From: Thermodesulfovibrionales bacterium
GTDB taxonomy: Bacteria > Nitrospirota > Thermodesulfovibrionia > Thermodesulfovibrionales > SM23-35
Direction of reading: 5' to 3'
Length of the DNA: 64,000 bases
Assembly (NCBI GenBank): GCA_963727725.1
Contig: CAVSHJ010000034.1
Location: 94,446 to 158,445, forward strand
Part shown: piece by piece, positions 35,487 through 44,565 of the stretch
Layout: each line of letters starts with the position of its first letter
Numbering within the stretch: the first letter of the stretch is position 1
Notes under the pieces: generated by a model
The model's database searches: none
The model's input: the letters and a program-made list of their open reading frames with translations, nothing else
Told to the model about the DNA's origin: nothing
Position numbers and translations under genes: made by a program

Positions 35487-36706
35487 CTGAATTTCTCCTC
35501 TCCCTGAATGAAATAATCCATCAGCCTGTATCCTTCTTCAACAAAAAGAATATTTTCTCTCTCCGTGATCGATTCGTCAAAGGAGACGTTATCATTATCC
35601 TTCTTCTTACGGCTATCGTAGACGACAAAGGGAACAGGCTCTTCCGTATGGGTCTTAACCGCAACAGGAGTGGCATGATCGGGCAGCAGGAGTATTTTAA
35701 ATTCGCCAAAAGTCTCTATCCCGTGCAGAACAGTACCTACAACGAGGGTATCAAAATCCTCTATCGCCTTGATCTTGTCGACATAGTTCCCCGAATGCCC
35801 TGCTTCATCCGGCGCCTCCACGTGAATACAGGCGATATCAAATTTCTCGAGAGACTTCAGGGCGGCTTTCGCTTTCCCCGCATAATTCGTATCCAGATAT
35901 CCCGTAATGCCCGGAACCTCAAGGATTTCGAAGCCCGCGTATATGCCGATCCCTTTCATGAGGTCAACGGCTGAGACAAGTGAGCCGGCGAGGTCATATT
36001 TCTCCTTAAAGGAAGGGAGGAGCAGTTTCTTGCCCTGTCCCCAGAGCCAGATGCTGTTGGCGGGGTTGTCCCCCCGCCTTACTCTCTCCCTGTTAACGGG
36101 ATGGCCTTCAAGAATACCGCTTGCCCTGAGCATAATCTCTCTCAGCATGTCTTCTCCCTCTCCCACCGGGAGATAGTCGGCAACATCCTTGCCTGTGATA
36201 TCATGAGGAGGGGTGCATTCAATATCCACAGCACCTGAAGGCCAGACCATTATGTGCCTGTAACTTACACCCGGGTAGAAAGTGATCTGTTCCATGCCGA
36301 TCTTTTCACTGATTTCGTGAATAAGTTCCCTTGCCTCTCCCGTAGATATATGGCCGCTGCTGTAATCTTCCATCACGGCCTTTGTCTTGTCTCTGTTATA
36401 TTTGAGAGTGATCAGGTTGCATCTGTATGCCACATCGTTTTCTTTCAGCATGATTCCTATGCTGGCTGCCTCAAGGGGCGCCCTACCGGAGTAGAACTCA
36501 CGGGGGTCGTACCCCAGTATGTTCAGGTTCGCAATGTCAGAGCCGGGATGAAAACCGGGGGGAATTGTCCTCACCTTACCGAATGTTCCTTCGCGGACGA
36601 GCCTGTCCATATTGGGCGTGGAAGCGACCTGCAGGGGGGTTTTGCCGCCGAGGTCTTTAACGGGCCTGTCCGCCATACCGTCGCCGATAATGACTACATA
36701 TTTCAT
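35483..36706 (-). CDS. apgM: cofactor-independent phosphoglycerate mutase, archaeal type
   Basis: MKYVVIIGDGMADRP...TPNMD...GSD.ANL..LGYDP matches the ApgM/metalloenzyme family pattern. 407 aa. Confidence 0.85.
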   Translation of the reverse strand: MKYVVIIGDGMADRPVKDLGGKTPLQVASTPNMDRLVREGTFGKVRTIPPGFHPGSDIANLNILGYDPREFYSGRAPLEAASIGIMLKENDVAYRCNLITLKYNRDKTKAVMEDYSSGHISTGEARELIHEISEKIGMEQITFYPGVSYRHIMVWPSGAVDIECTPPHDITGKDVADYLPVGEGEDMLREIMLRASGILEGHPVNRERVRRGDNPANSIWLWGQGKKLLLPSFKEKYDLAGSLVSAVDLMKGIGIYAGFEILEVPGITGYLDTNYAGKAKAALKSLEKFDIACIHVEAPDEAGHSGNYVDKIKAIEDFDTLVVGTVLHGIETFGEFKILLLPDHATPVAVKTHTEEPVPFVVYDSRKKKDNDNVSFDESITERENILFVEEGYRLMDYFIQGEEKFR

Positions 36707-36753
36707 ATGATACCTTCTTCTATCTCCATACGTTTTCCATTTAGCACCGTCCG

Positions 36754-36990
36754 CTATTCTATGACATCTCCTTCGGCAAGCTCCACCGCAATACCCTGTT
36801 CCTTGAGGGACTGAAGGCCCTTACTGAGATTTTCCTCAGTGCCTTCAAACACAAGATCCATTTCCCCGATGTTCCCGGTGATCCTTGCCCGTCTTATGTT
36901 CGGCATCACATTGTATTTCCTGGCCATCATAAAAATGACCGGCTCTTTTATCAGGTGCTCGGGAAAGGTCAATTTAACCCTCTGCTTCAT
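36754..36990 (-). CDS. stand-alone NIL-domain protein
   Basis: 78 aa. LIKEPVIFMMARKYNVMPNIRRARITGNIGEMDLVFEG resembles the NIL domain found at the MetN C-terminus. Confidence 0.6.
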   Translation of the reverse strand: MKQRVKLTFPEHLIKEPVIFMMARKYNVMPNIRRARITGNIGEMDLVFEGTEENLSKGLQSLKEQGIAVELAEGDVIE

Positions 36991-37083
36991 GACGCCCTCC
37001 TTGCCTAACGACTGAACCTGATACAGAAAACATTTTACTTCAAAGAGGCCGATAATTTAAAGACATCAGGTATCGACGACTAT

Positions 37084-37866
37084 TTAACTGTAATCTATGA
37101 GCTCTGTTATTGTCGGATGGTCACCGCAGACGGGACATTCGGGGTTCCTGGGTATTTTCACCTTTCTGAATGACGGCTTGAGTGCATCATAAATGAGAAG
37201 TTCCCCTTTAAGGATGTTTCCATGGACGATGATAAGTTTCAAAACCTCAGCCGCCTGAAGCGTACCTATCACCCCGGGAATGACCCCCAGGAGTCCGACG
37301 CCCTGAGGGGAAGGAAGGACGCCCGGGGAAGGCGGTTCTTCAAACAGACACCTGTAACACGGACCTTCGCCCGGGATAACCACAGTCAACTGACCCTCGA
37401 ATTTGAATATCGCACCGGTCACGAGCGGTTTCTTTGCCATCACACAGGCGTCGTTCACCAGAAACCTCGTTGCATAATTATCACTGCAGTCAACCACGAT
37501 ATCATAATCTTTTATGAGGTCAAGGACATTGTGCTTCGTCAGCCTCTCTCTGATGGGAACAACATGAACATCAGGGTTCAGAGATTCGAAGGTTTTTTTT
37601 GCAGACTCTACCTTTGGTTTGCCGACGGTCCCGGTGCTGTGCGCTATCTGGCGCTGGAGATTGCTGAGATCGACTTCATCATTGTCCACTATGGCAATCG
37701 TACCGACCCCCGCTGCAGAGAGGTAATATCCTACGGGCGAACCCAGGCCTCCCGCACCGACGATGAAAACTCTTGCCGCCAAAAGCTTTGACTGCCCTTC
37801 TTCTCCTACCTCGGGCAGGATAAGATGCCTGCTGTATCTCTGGAGCTGGTCTTCCCTGAACCTCAC
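37084..37866 (-). CDS. ThiF/MoeB/HesA-family adenylyltransferase
   Basis: RYSRHLILPEVGEEGQ, the nucleotide-binding GAGGLGSP motif, and two CxxC pairs (CYRC, CPVC). Confidence 0.85.
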   Translation of the reverse strand: MRFREDQLQRYSRHLILPEVGEEGQSKLLAARVFIVGAGGLGSPVGYYLSAAGVGTIAIVDNDEVDLSNLQRQIAHSTGTVGKPKVESAKKTFESLNPDVHVVPIRERLTKHNVLDLIKDYDIVVDCSDNYATRFLVNDACVMAKKPLVTGAIFKFEGQLTVVIPGEGPCYRCLFEEPPSPGVLPSPQGVGLLGVIPGVIGTLQAAEVLKLIIVHGNILKGELLIYDALKPSFRKVKIPRNPECPVCGDHPTITELIDYS

Positions 37867-39170
37867 TCGTCCCGGCTTTCCTGTCTTCTTTCAACCCTGA
37901 TGAATGTGGTCTTGCCCATGACAACCTGCAGCCGGTCTATTTCTTCAAGGGCCTGTCTCACATCCCTTTCTTTCGCTTCATGGGAGAGGACCACGAGCGG
38001 GACCGCTTCGCCCACCTTTCTGCCTTTCTGGATGACCGAGGCGATACTGATATTGTAATTGCCGAGTATCCCCGAAATTTTTGAAAGGACACCCGGCTTG
38101 TCGAGTGCGGAAAATCTGAAATAATACATCGATGTAATATCCTCTATGGGTTTAATCCTGACATCCTTTGCCGTCTTCACTATAAGGGGTAGTCTCTCCC
38201 TGACATTCTTCCTGATGTCCCTGGCGATGTTCACAATATCGCTCACTACGGCGCTGCCCGTCGGCAGGGACCCGGCCCCCCTGCCGTAATACAGGGTTGA
38301 ACCGGTTGCATCACCGTCAATATAAACCGCATTGAAAGGGCCGTCTACCTTCGATATAAGATAGTCCTTGGGGATCATCGTCGGGTGGACCCTGAGCTCT
38401 ATCCCGCCGTCTGTCGATTTTGCGATCGCAAGCAGCTTTATCTTGTAGCCGAATTCGGACGCAAAACCTATGTCCAGAGGAGATATTTGCGAAATCCCTT
38501 CGGTGTAAATCTCTTTAAAAGGGAATGGAATCCCGTACGCGAGGAATGCAAGGATTGCAAGCTTGTGTGCAGAATCCGAGCCTTCGATATCGAGCGACGG
38601 ATCGGCTTCAGCATAACCCAGCCTCTGCGCCTCCTTCAGGGCATCGGAAAACTCGACGTTTTCCTCCGTCATCTTTGTAAGTATGTAGTTCGATGTGCCA
38701 TTGATGATTCCGTATACCGCCTTGATCCTGTTTGCAACAAGACCTTCCCTTATGACCTTAATGATAGGGATACCGCCCGCGACCGACGCTTCAAACCCTA
38801 TCTCAACGCCGGCCTTCCGGGCCGCAGAAAATATTTCATTTCCCTCCGTAGCGAGGAGGGCCTTATTTGCCGTTACGACGTGTTTGCCGTTAGCGATAGC
38901 CTTCAGGATATAGTCTTTTGCAGGGCTGATTCCTCCTATGAGTTCGACCACAATCCGGATATCAGGATCATCCAGAACTGCGTGTACGTCCGTGGTGAGA
39001 ACCCCTTCAGGCACCTCTATGCCTCTGTCCTTCCGGATATTGCGGGCGACTATTCTTTTCAGATTTATTTCAAACCCCAGTCTCTCCCGGAGGATGTCAC
39101 TGTTTCCGAGAAGGATCTTCACTGTGCCGCTGCCCACCGTGCCGAAACCGATTATGCCGATATTTATCAT
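37863..39170 (-). CDS. hom: homoserine dehydrogenase
   Basis: N-terminal NAD-binding GFGTVGSG, a catalytic domain and a C-terminal ACT domain. 435 aa. Confidence 0.9.
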   Translation of the reverse strand: MINIGIIGFGTVGSGTVKILLGNSDILRERLGFEINLKRIVARNIRKDRGIEVPEGVLTTDVHAVLDDPDIRIVVELIGGISPAKDYILKAIANGKHVVTANKALLATEGNEIFSAARKAGVEIGFEASVAGGIPIIKVIREGLVANRIKAVYGIINGTSNYILTKMTEENVEFSDALKEAQRLGYAEADPSLDIEGSDSAHKLAILAFLAYGIPFPFKEIYTEGISQISPLDIGFASEFGYKIKLLAIAKSTDGGIELRVHPTMIPKDYLISKVDGPFNAVYIDGDATGSTLYYGRGAGSLPTGSAVVSDIVNIARDIRKNVRERLPLIVKTAKDVRIKPIEDITSMYYFRFSALDKPGVLSKISGILGNYNISIASVIQKGRKVGEAVPLVVLSHEAKERDVRQALEEIDRLQVVMGKTTFIRVERRQESRDE

Positions 39171-40342
39171 CTGCTCAGAGCCTTCTTTATTCCCTTTGCT
39201 GCCTGCCTGATCCTGTGTTCGTTTTCCACGAGTGCGAACCTGACATAATTGTCACCGCCTTCACCGAACCCGATGCCGGGAGAAACCGCCACACCCGCCT
39301 CCCGCAGCAGATACTTCGTAAATTCGAGAGACCCCATATCTTTGAATCGGTCCGGTATCTGCGCCCATACGAACATCGTGGCCTTCGGCGGTTCTATCAT
39401 CCATCCCGCCTTATGGAGACCTTTTATCAAGGCATCGCGCCTCGACTGGTAGACCTTCCTCACCTCGCCGACGCAGTCCTGTGGACCCCTCAGTGCCACG
39501 ATGCTGGCGATCTGGATCGGCTGGAACATCCCGTAGTCGAGGTAACTCTTTATCTTGATCAACGCCCCCACAATATCCTGGTTTCCTACGCAGAAGCCTA
39601 CCCGCCAGCCTGCCATGGAATAACTTTTCGTCATCGAGAAGAACTCCACGCCGACGTCTTTCGCGCCGGGTACCTGCAGAAAACTCGGCGCCCTGTAGTC
39701 ATCGAAAACAAGGTCTGCATATGCCAGATCATGCAGGACAATAAGGCTGTTTTCCTTCGCAAAGTCCACTACCTTTCCGAAAAAATCCAGCCCTTCCAGG
39801 ACCTGTGTCGTCGGGTTATGAGGGAAGTTTATAATGAGCATCTTCGGCCTCGGCCAGGAAGACTTGTACGCCTTTTCCATTTCATCAAAGAAATCTATGC
39901 CCTTGCCTATCGGGATACTCCTCACTTCGCCGCCGGCTATGATTATGCTGTAAGGATGTATCGGGTATGCAGGAGTAGGCGTCATCACGACATCTCCCGG
40001 ACTTATTGTAGCAAGTGCGAGATGGGACAAACCCTCTTTGGAGCCGATAGTGACGACAGCCTCCAGGTCAGGGTCGAGGATAACGTCGTAACGTCTCGCA
40101 TACCACTCGCATATCGCGTTCCGCAGCTGGGTGATACCTTTGGATGCAGAATACCTGTGGTTTTTCGGGTTGCGGGCGGCCTCGCAGAGTTTATCTATGA
40201 TATGCTTCGCCGGAGCGCCGTCCGGATTTCCCATTCCCAGGTCGATGATATCTTCGCCCCGGTGCCGCGCCTCTATTTTGAGAGCGTTCACAATGCTGAA
40301 TACATACGGGGGCAGTCTCTTGATTCTGTTGAACTCATACAT
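39167..40342 (-). CDS. class I/II PLP-dependent aminotransferase (aspartate/alanine type)
   Basis: LPPYVF...IDLGMGNPD...Y..S.G, and a [15 protein letters not shown]-lysine motif. Confidence 0.85.
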   Translation of the reverse strand: MYEFNRIKRLPPYVFSIVNALKIEARHRGEDIIDLGMGNPDGAPAKHIIDKLCEAARNPKNHRYSASKGITQLRNAICEWYARRYDVILDPDLEAVVTIGSKEGLSHLALATISPGDVVMTPTPAYPIHPYSIIIAGGEVRSIPIGKGIDFFDEMEKAYKSSWPRPKMLIINFPHNPTTQVLEGLDFFGKVVDFAKENSLIVLHDLAYADLVFDDYRAPSFLQVPGAKDVGVEFFSMTKSYSMAGWRVGFCVGNQDIVGALIKIKSYLDYGMFQPIQIASIVALRGPQDCVGEVRKVYQSRRDALIKGLHKAGWMIEPPKATMFVWAQIPDRFKDMGSLEFTKYLLREAGVAVSPGIGFGEGGDNYVRFALVENEHRIRQAAKGIKKALSR

Positions 40343-40395
40343 ACTCGTTACACTCCGTCAGATTTTGATTTGCATGACATCTATATTTTGCTCTT

Positions 40396-41307
40396 TCAAT
40401 TACTATTATACATTTCCTCCGCGTTCATTGAACTCCGCACCAGAGGAGCGGAAGCCACACATTTAAAGCCCATGGACAAGGCCGCGAGACGGAGTCTTTC
40501 GAATATCACGGGCTCTATATATTCAATGACGGGAAGATTGAATTTTGAAGGTCTGAGATACTGACCTACGGTGAGAAACTCACATCCGGCGTCTTTGAGA
40601 TCACGGAAGACCTCTCCGACCTCATCGAACGTCTCGCCGAGACCCAGCATAAGCCCCGACTTGGTGAATATGGCCGGAGCTGTTTTCTTCACATGCTCCA
40701 ATATATTCAGCGAGCGCCCATAGCCGGCAAACGGCCTCACGATGGAGTAAAGTCTCGGTACAGTCTCGATGTTATGGTTGAAGACATCGGGTTCCGACTG
40801 CAGCACTGTATCCACGTCTCTCGGATTGCCTTTGAAATCAGGAGTAAGCACTTCGACCTTTGTGTCGGGCATACACTCTCTAACCGAAAGGACAGTCTTC
40901 GCAAATTGTTCCGCACCGCCATCATAGAGGTCATCCCGTGTAACTGATGTTATAACGACATACCGGAGTCCCATGTCCCTCACAGCCATCGCAATCCTTC
41001 CGGGCTCATCCGGATCAACAGGCCCGGGAGTTGAAGATTTCACAGAACAGAAGCCGCAGTTCCTTGTGCATGTTGAACCAAGGATCATGAAGGTAGCGGT
41101 CGGCTTCGAGAAACATTCGCCCGCGTTCGGACATCTCGCTTCTTCACATACGGTGGACAGGCCGTAACTTCTCAAGACCCGTTTTGTATCGTGGAGCAGC
41201 CCGCCGTGTCTTCCTGTCTTTATCCATTCCGGCAATCTCAAAACAAACTCCATTTCAAGTTCACCCGGTTTGCCGGGTTTACACTGTTTTTGAGTTCTAA
41301 AATCCAC
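40396..41307 (-). CDS. lipA: lipoyl synthase
   Basis: The CEEARCPNAGEC auxiliary cluster and CTRNCGFC radical SAM motif are present. The true start may be the internal MEFVLRLPEW at 41253. Confidence 0.9.
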   Translation of the reverse strand: MDFRTQKQCKPGKPGELEMEFVLRLPEWIKTGRHGGLLHDTKRVLRSYGLSTVCEEARCPNAGECFSKPTATFMILGSTCTRNCGFCSVKSSTPGPVDPDEPGRIAMAVRDMGLRYVVITSVTRDDLYDGGAEQFAKTVLSVRECMPDTKVEVLTPDFKGNPRDVDTVLQSEPDVFNHNIETVPRLYSIVRPFAGYGRSLNILEHVKKTAPAIFTKSGLMLGLGETFDEVGEVFRDLKDAGCEFLTVGQYLRPSKFNLPVIEYIEPVIFERLRLAALSMGFKCVASAPLVRSSMNAEEMYNSN

Positions 41308-41311
41308 TCGG

Positions 41312-41356
41312 TAAGCTGAGTAAACCGTGTAAACCGGATAAACCCTTTAAACCAAG
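41312..41356. repeat. tandem 9-nt repeats (TAAACCNNN x4 plus one degenerate unit)
   Basis: TAAACC occurs at 41321, 41330, 41339 and 41348 with exact 9-nt phasing. It is preceded by a degenerate TAAGCTGAG unit. Confidence 0.7.
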
Positions 41357-41393
41357 TTATAGGTTTTAAACATAAAAGAAATATCGAACTTTG

Positions 41394-42176
41394 TCAAATT
41401 TCTTCCCCCTTTGCTTCATCCCATAACCGGTCCATTTCGGAGAGGGTCATCTCCGACAGTTTCCTGCCCTGCTCGGCTGCCTTCATTTCGATATGGCGGA
41501 ACCTGTGGATAAATTTACTGATCGTTCTTCTCAGGGCATCTTCGGGATTGACTCCGATGAATCTTGAAATATTCACAAGCATGAAAAATATATCCCCGAG
41601 TTCGTCTTCGATTTCGTCCCGGTTTTTTGCTTCGAGAGCCTCTTTAAATTCCCCCAATTCTTCATCCAGCTTCTTAAAAACGTCTTCGGCCCTCTCCCAG
41701 TCAAATCCGACTCTTGCCGCCCTGTCCTGAAGCCTCCGTGCCCTGAGCAGTGCGGGCATCGCCTTGGGCACCCCTTCAAGGATGGATTCTCTCAGTTTGC
41801 CTTCGCGCTTTTTCTGTTCTTCCCAGTGGACAAGAACCTCATCCGTGGTCTTATATTCTGCATTGCCGAAAACATGCGGATGCCTCGCGATCATCTTTTC
41901 CCCGATATTCCTTACTACATCGGAGAATCCGAACTCGTTCGCTTCCCTGGCGATCTGGCACTGGAAGACTATCTGAAAGAGCAGGTCTCCGAGTTCCTCC
42001 TTTATTTTCGAGGGGTCGCCTTCTTCTACCGCTTCGACAAGCTCATACGCCTCTTCAATAATATAGGGCTTGAGGGAATCCCTTGTCTGTTCCCGGTCCC
42101 AGGGGCATCCTTTCTCGCCTCTGAGTCTCTCCATAATTTTGAGCAGTTCCTGAAAATCCATCGTTCTCTTGTACAA
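41394..42176 (-). CDS. mazG: nucleoside triphosphate pyrophosphohydrolase MazG
   Basis: Tandem MazG domains (GCPWDREQT, EEAYELVEA, ELGDLLFQ / ELGDIFFML). Confidence 0.9.
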   Translation of the reverse strand: MYKRTMDFQELLKIMERLRGEKGCPWDREQTRDSLKPYIIEEAYELVEAVEEGDPSKIKEELGDLLFQIVFQCQIAREANEFGFSDVVRNIGEKMIARHPHVFGNAEYKTTDEVLVHWEEQKKREGKLRESILEGVPKAMPALLRARRLQDRAARVGFDWERAEDVFKKLDEELGEFKEALEAKNRDEIEDELGDIFFMLVNISRFIGVNPEDALRRTISKFIHRFRHIEMKAAEQGRKLSEMTLSEMDRLWDEAKGEEI

Positions 42177-42270
42177 GTCTGAGAATAAGTCATTCCGGTT
42201 GTCCGGATTTTCCTCTTTTTGAAGAAGATTCCGGCACTCCCTCAGGCGGATTACGGAATGATCGCATCAT

Positions 42271-44487
42271 TCAAGAATTGAACTTATTTCTTCGAGCAGT
42301 CTTATGCCTGCATAAATCCAGGACGATCTCTCTCTCTTCCATATCAACCCTGGCTATCCTCACCCTCAATTCCTTGCCGATCGTGAAAGAACGTTTTGTA
42401 TGTCTCCCGACAAGAGACATGAGGCGTTCGTTATATTGATAGAAGTCGTCTGTCAGGTAGGATACGTGGACAAAGCCTTCCACAAAAAAGTCTTTCAGCC
42501 TGACCTTCAGGCCGTAAGGGTTGATGTTTACTACTTTCGCATCGAATTCTTCTCCCACCCTGTTCTTCATAAACCACACCCTCATCGCGTCGATGACTTC
42601 GGTTTCTGCTTTGTCCGCAGCACGCTCTGTGCGGGATGAATGGAAGGCTATGTCGGGAAGGGACTTATTGAGTTCAGCGATTCTTTTTTCAGAAGGCCGG
42701 CGCCTTTCGAGCACCTCTCTCAGTATCCGGTGAACGACGAGGTCCGGATATCGCCTGATCGGGGACGTGAAATGCGTATAACATTTCGATGCGAGACCGA
42801 AGTGGCCGACATTGATGTGTGAATAACGCGCCTGCTTAAGACTTCTCAACACCATATATGTCACAATCTCTTCCTCCGGTTTGCCTTTTATGCCTTTGAG
42901 AATGCCGGGGAAGTCCTTTGGCGCCACCTTCTGTTTCAACCTGCTGACGGATCTGATTACTTTGATGATATCCTCAAACTTCATGGGGTCCGGCTCTTCG
43001 TGGATTCTGTAAAGTGACGGAAGTCCGAGACCTTCGAGATATTCAGCCACCGCTTCATTGGCCGAAATCATGAATTCTTCTATGATCATGTGAGCGTAAT
43101 TTCTCTCTGCGCTCAGGATCGCTTCCGGCATTCCCTGAATGTCGAGAAGGACCTCAGGTTCCGGAAGGTCGAAGTCGAGACTTCCACGCTCCAGCCTTTT
43201 TTGCCTGAGGATCCCGCATAATTCTGCCATCAATTCAAAGTCCGGGAGCAGGCGTTCATATTTTTCTCGTTCATGCCGGTCATTATCGATGAGGATCTTC
43301 CTCACGGAGGTATAAGTCATCCGCTCATCGCTGATTATGAGGCTCGGATAGAACCTTGAACGGAGTCTGTTGCCGTTTCTGTCGAAGTCCATCTCTACCG
43401 TAAAAGCGAGTCTTTCGACTCCCGGTCTGAGACTGCACAGGTCCTCGGAGAGTTCTCGCGGAAGCATCGGCAGGACCCTGTCAGGGAAATAAACGCTTGT
43501 CCCTCTTTTCCTTGCCTCGATATCGATGGCTGAGTCCGGGTCGACATAAAACCCGACATCGGCTATATGGACATACAATAGATAACCATGGGGAGAGATC
43601 TTTACCGATACCGCATCGTCGAAGTCTTTTGCGCGTTCACCGTCAATCGTGACGGTAGAAAGAGCTCTCAGATCGATCCTCCGTGCGCCTGGACCTCCGG
43701 GTTCCGCTTTTCCCCGGGCCAAAATCATTGCCTCCTCATGCACAACTCTCGGAAATCTGCGCGGGAGGCCGAACTCGTCGATAATGGCCTCTACTTCTGA
43801 TTTCGGTTCCTCCGGTTTTCCCAAAATTTTTATCACCCTGCCGGCAGGAGGTTTTCTGTCTGTCGGATAATTTATTATCTCGGCGACGACCATTTCACCG
43901 TTTTTTGCTCCGCAGCTGTCTTTTCGGGCGATCTGAAGATCAAATCGGACAGACTTATTTTTCGGTCTGACATAGAGAGCAGTCTCCGTTTCCTCAAATT
44001 TGCCGGCTATCTTTGTATGTACCCTTTCAAGGATCCTTATTATGCTTCCTTCACGTCTGTGCCGGTTTTCGACACGGACAAGTACGCGGTCATTGTTCAT
44101 TGCTCCCATCGTCGCCCGTGCCGGTATAAAGATATCTCTCTCCCCGGGTTTTTCCATGATGACAAAGCCGTAGCCGTCGCGATGGGAGTCGAAATAACCG
44201 TTGACAAGACTCATGTCCACGGCAGGACCGTAGAGGCCTTTTCTTGTCAGCACGAGTTCTCCGGACCGGACCATCGACCTGAGTATCCTTTTCAGTACCC
44301 TTGCTTCTTTATGGTTCAGGCCCATGACGGATACTACTTCCCCGAAGGAAAGGGGTTTTCGAATTTTTTCTCTGAAGAAAGAGTTTACCGACTCTCTGTC
44401 AATCATGGCTTCGCTATTCTGCCTCAAGGTCCCGGCTGAGAATTTTTTCTCCCTTGCCCTGTCCCGATATGGCTTGATATTATACAT
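42271..44487 (-). CDS. rnr: ribonuclease R
   Basis: 738 aa with cold-shock-like, RNB (TIDGERAKDFDDAVS) and C-terminal S1 domains. Confidence 0.9.
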   Translation of the reverse strand: MYNIKPYRDRAREKKFSAGTLRQNSEAMIDRESVNSFFREKIRKPLSFGEVVSVMGLNHKEARVLKRILRSMVRSGELVLTRKGLYGPAVDMSLVNGYFDSHRDGYGFVIMEKPGERDIFIPARATMGAMNNDRVLVRVENRHRREGSIIRILERVHTKIAGKFEETETALYVRPKNKSVRFDLQIARKDSCGAKNGEMVVAEIINYPTDRKPPAGRVIKILGKPEEPKSEVEAIIDEFGLPRRFPRVVHEEAMILARGKAEPGGPGARRIDLRALSTVTIDGERAKDFDDAVSVKISPHGYLLYVHIADVGFYVDPDSAIDIEARKRGTSVYFPDRVLPMLPRELSEDLCSLRPGVERLAFTVEMDFDRNGNRLRSRFYPSLIISDERMTYTSVRKILIDNDRHEREKYERLLPDFELMAELCGILRQKRLERGSLDFDLPEPEVLLDIQGMPEAILSAERNYAHMIIEEFMISANEAVAEYLEGLGLPSLYRIHEEPDPMKFEDIIKVIRSVSRLKQKVAPKDFPGILKGIKGKPEEEIVTYMVLRSLKQARYSHINVGHFGLASKCYTHFTSPIRRYPDLVVHRILREVLERRRPSEKRIAELNKSLPDIAFHSSRTERAADKAETEVIDAMRVWFMKNRVGEEFDAKVVNINPYGLKVRLKDFFVEGFVHVSYLTDDFYQYNERLMSLVGRHTKRSFTIGKELRVRIARVDMEEREIVLDLCRHKTARRNKFNS

Positions 44488-44565
44488 TAAAACATGTCTT
44501 CACCGCCGCCCGAGCCCTGCAATTGACAGTTTCGGCTGGTTGTGATAGCTTGAATAATACACGTA

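Noticed and set aside
39215-40564. Long antisense ORFs opposite well-supported genes
   Set aside because: Examples are 39215-40564, 57118-58119, 26133-27062, 14860-15672, 13191-13865 and 58483-59217. They are shadow ORFs on the strand opposite genes with clear motifs. Their translations are Arg/Pro/His-rich with no motifs.
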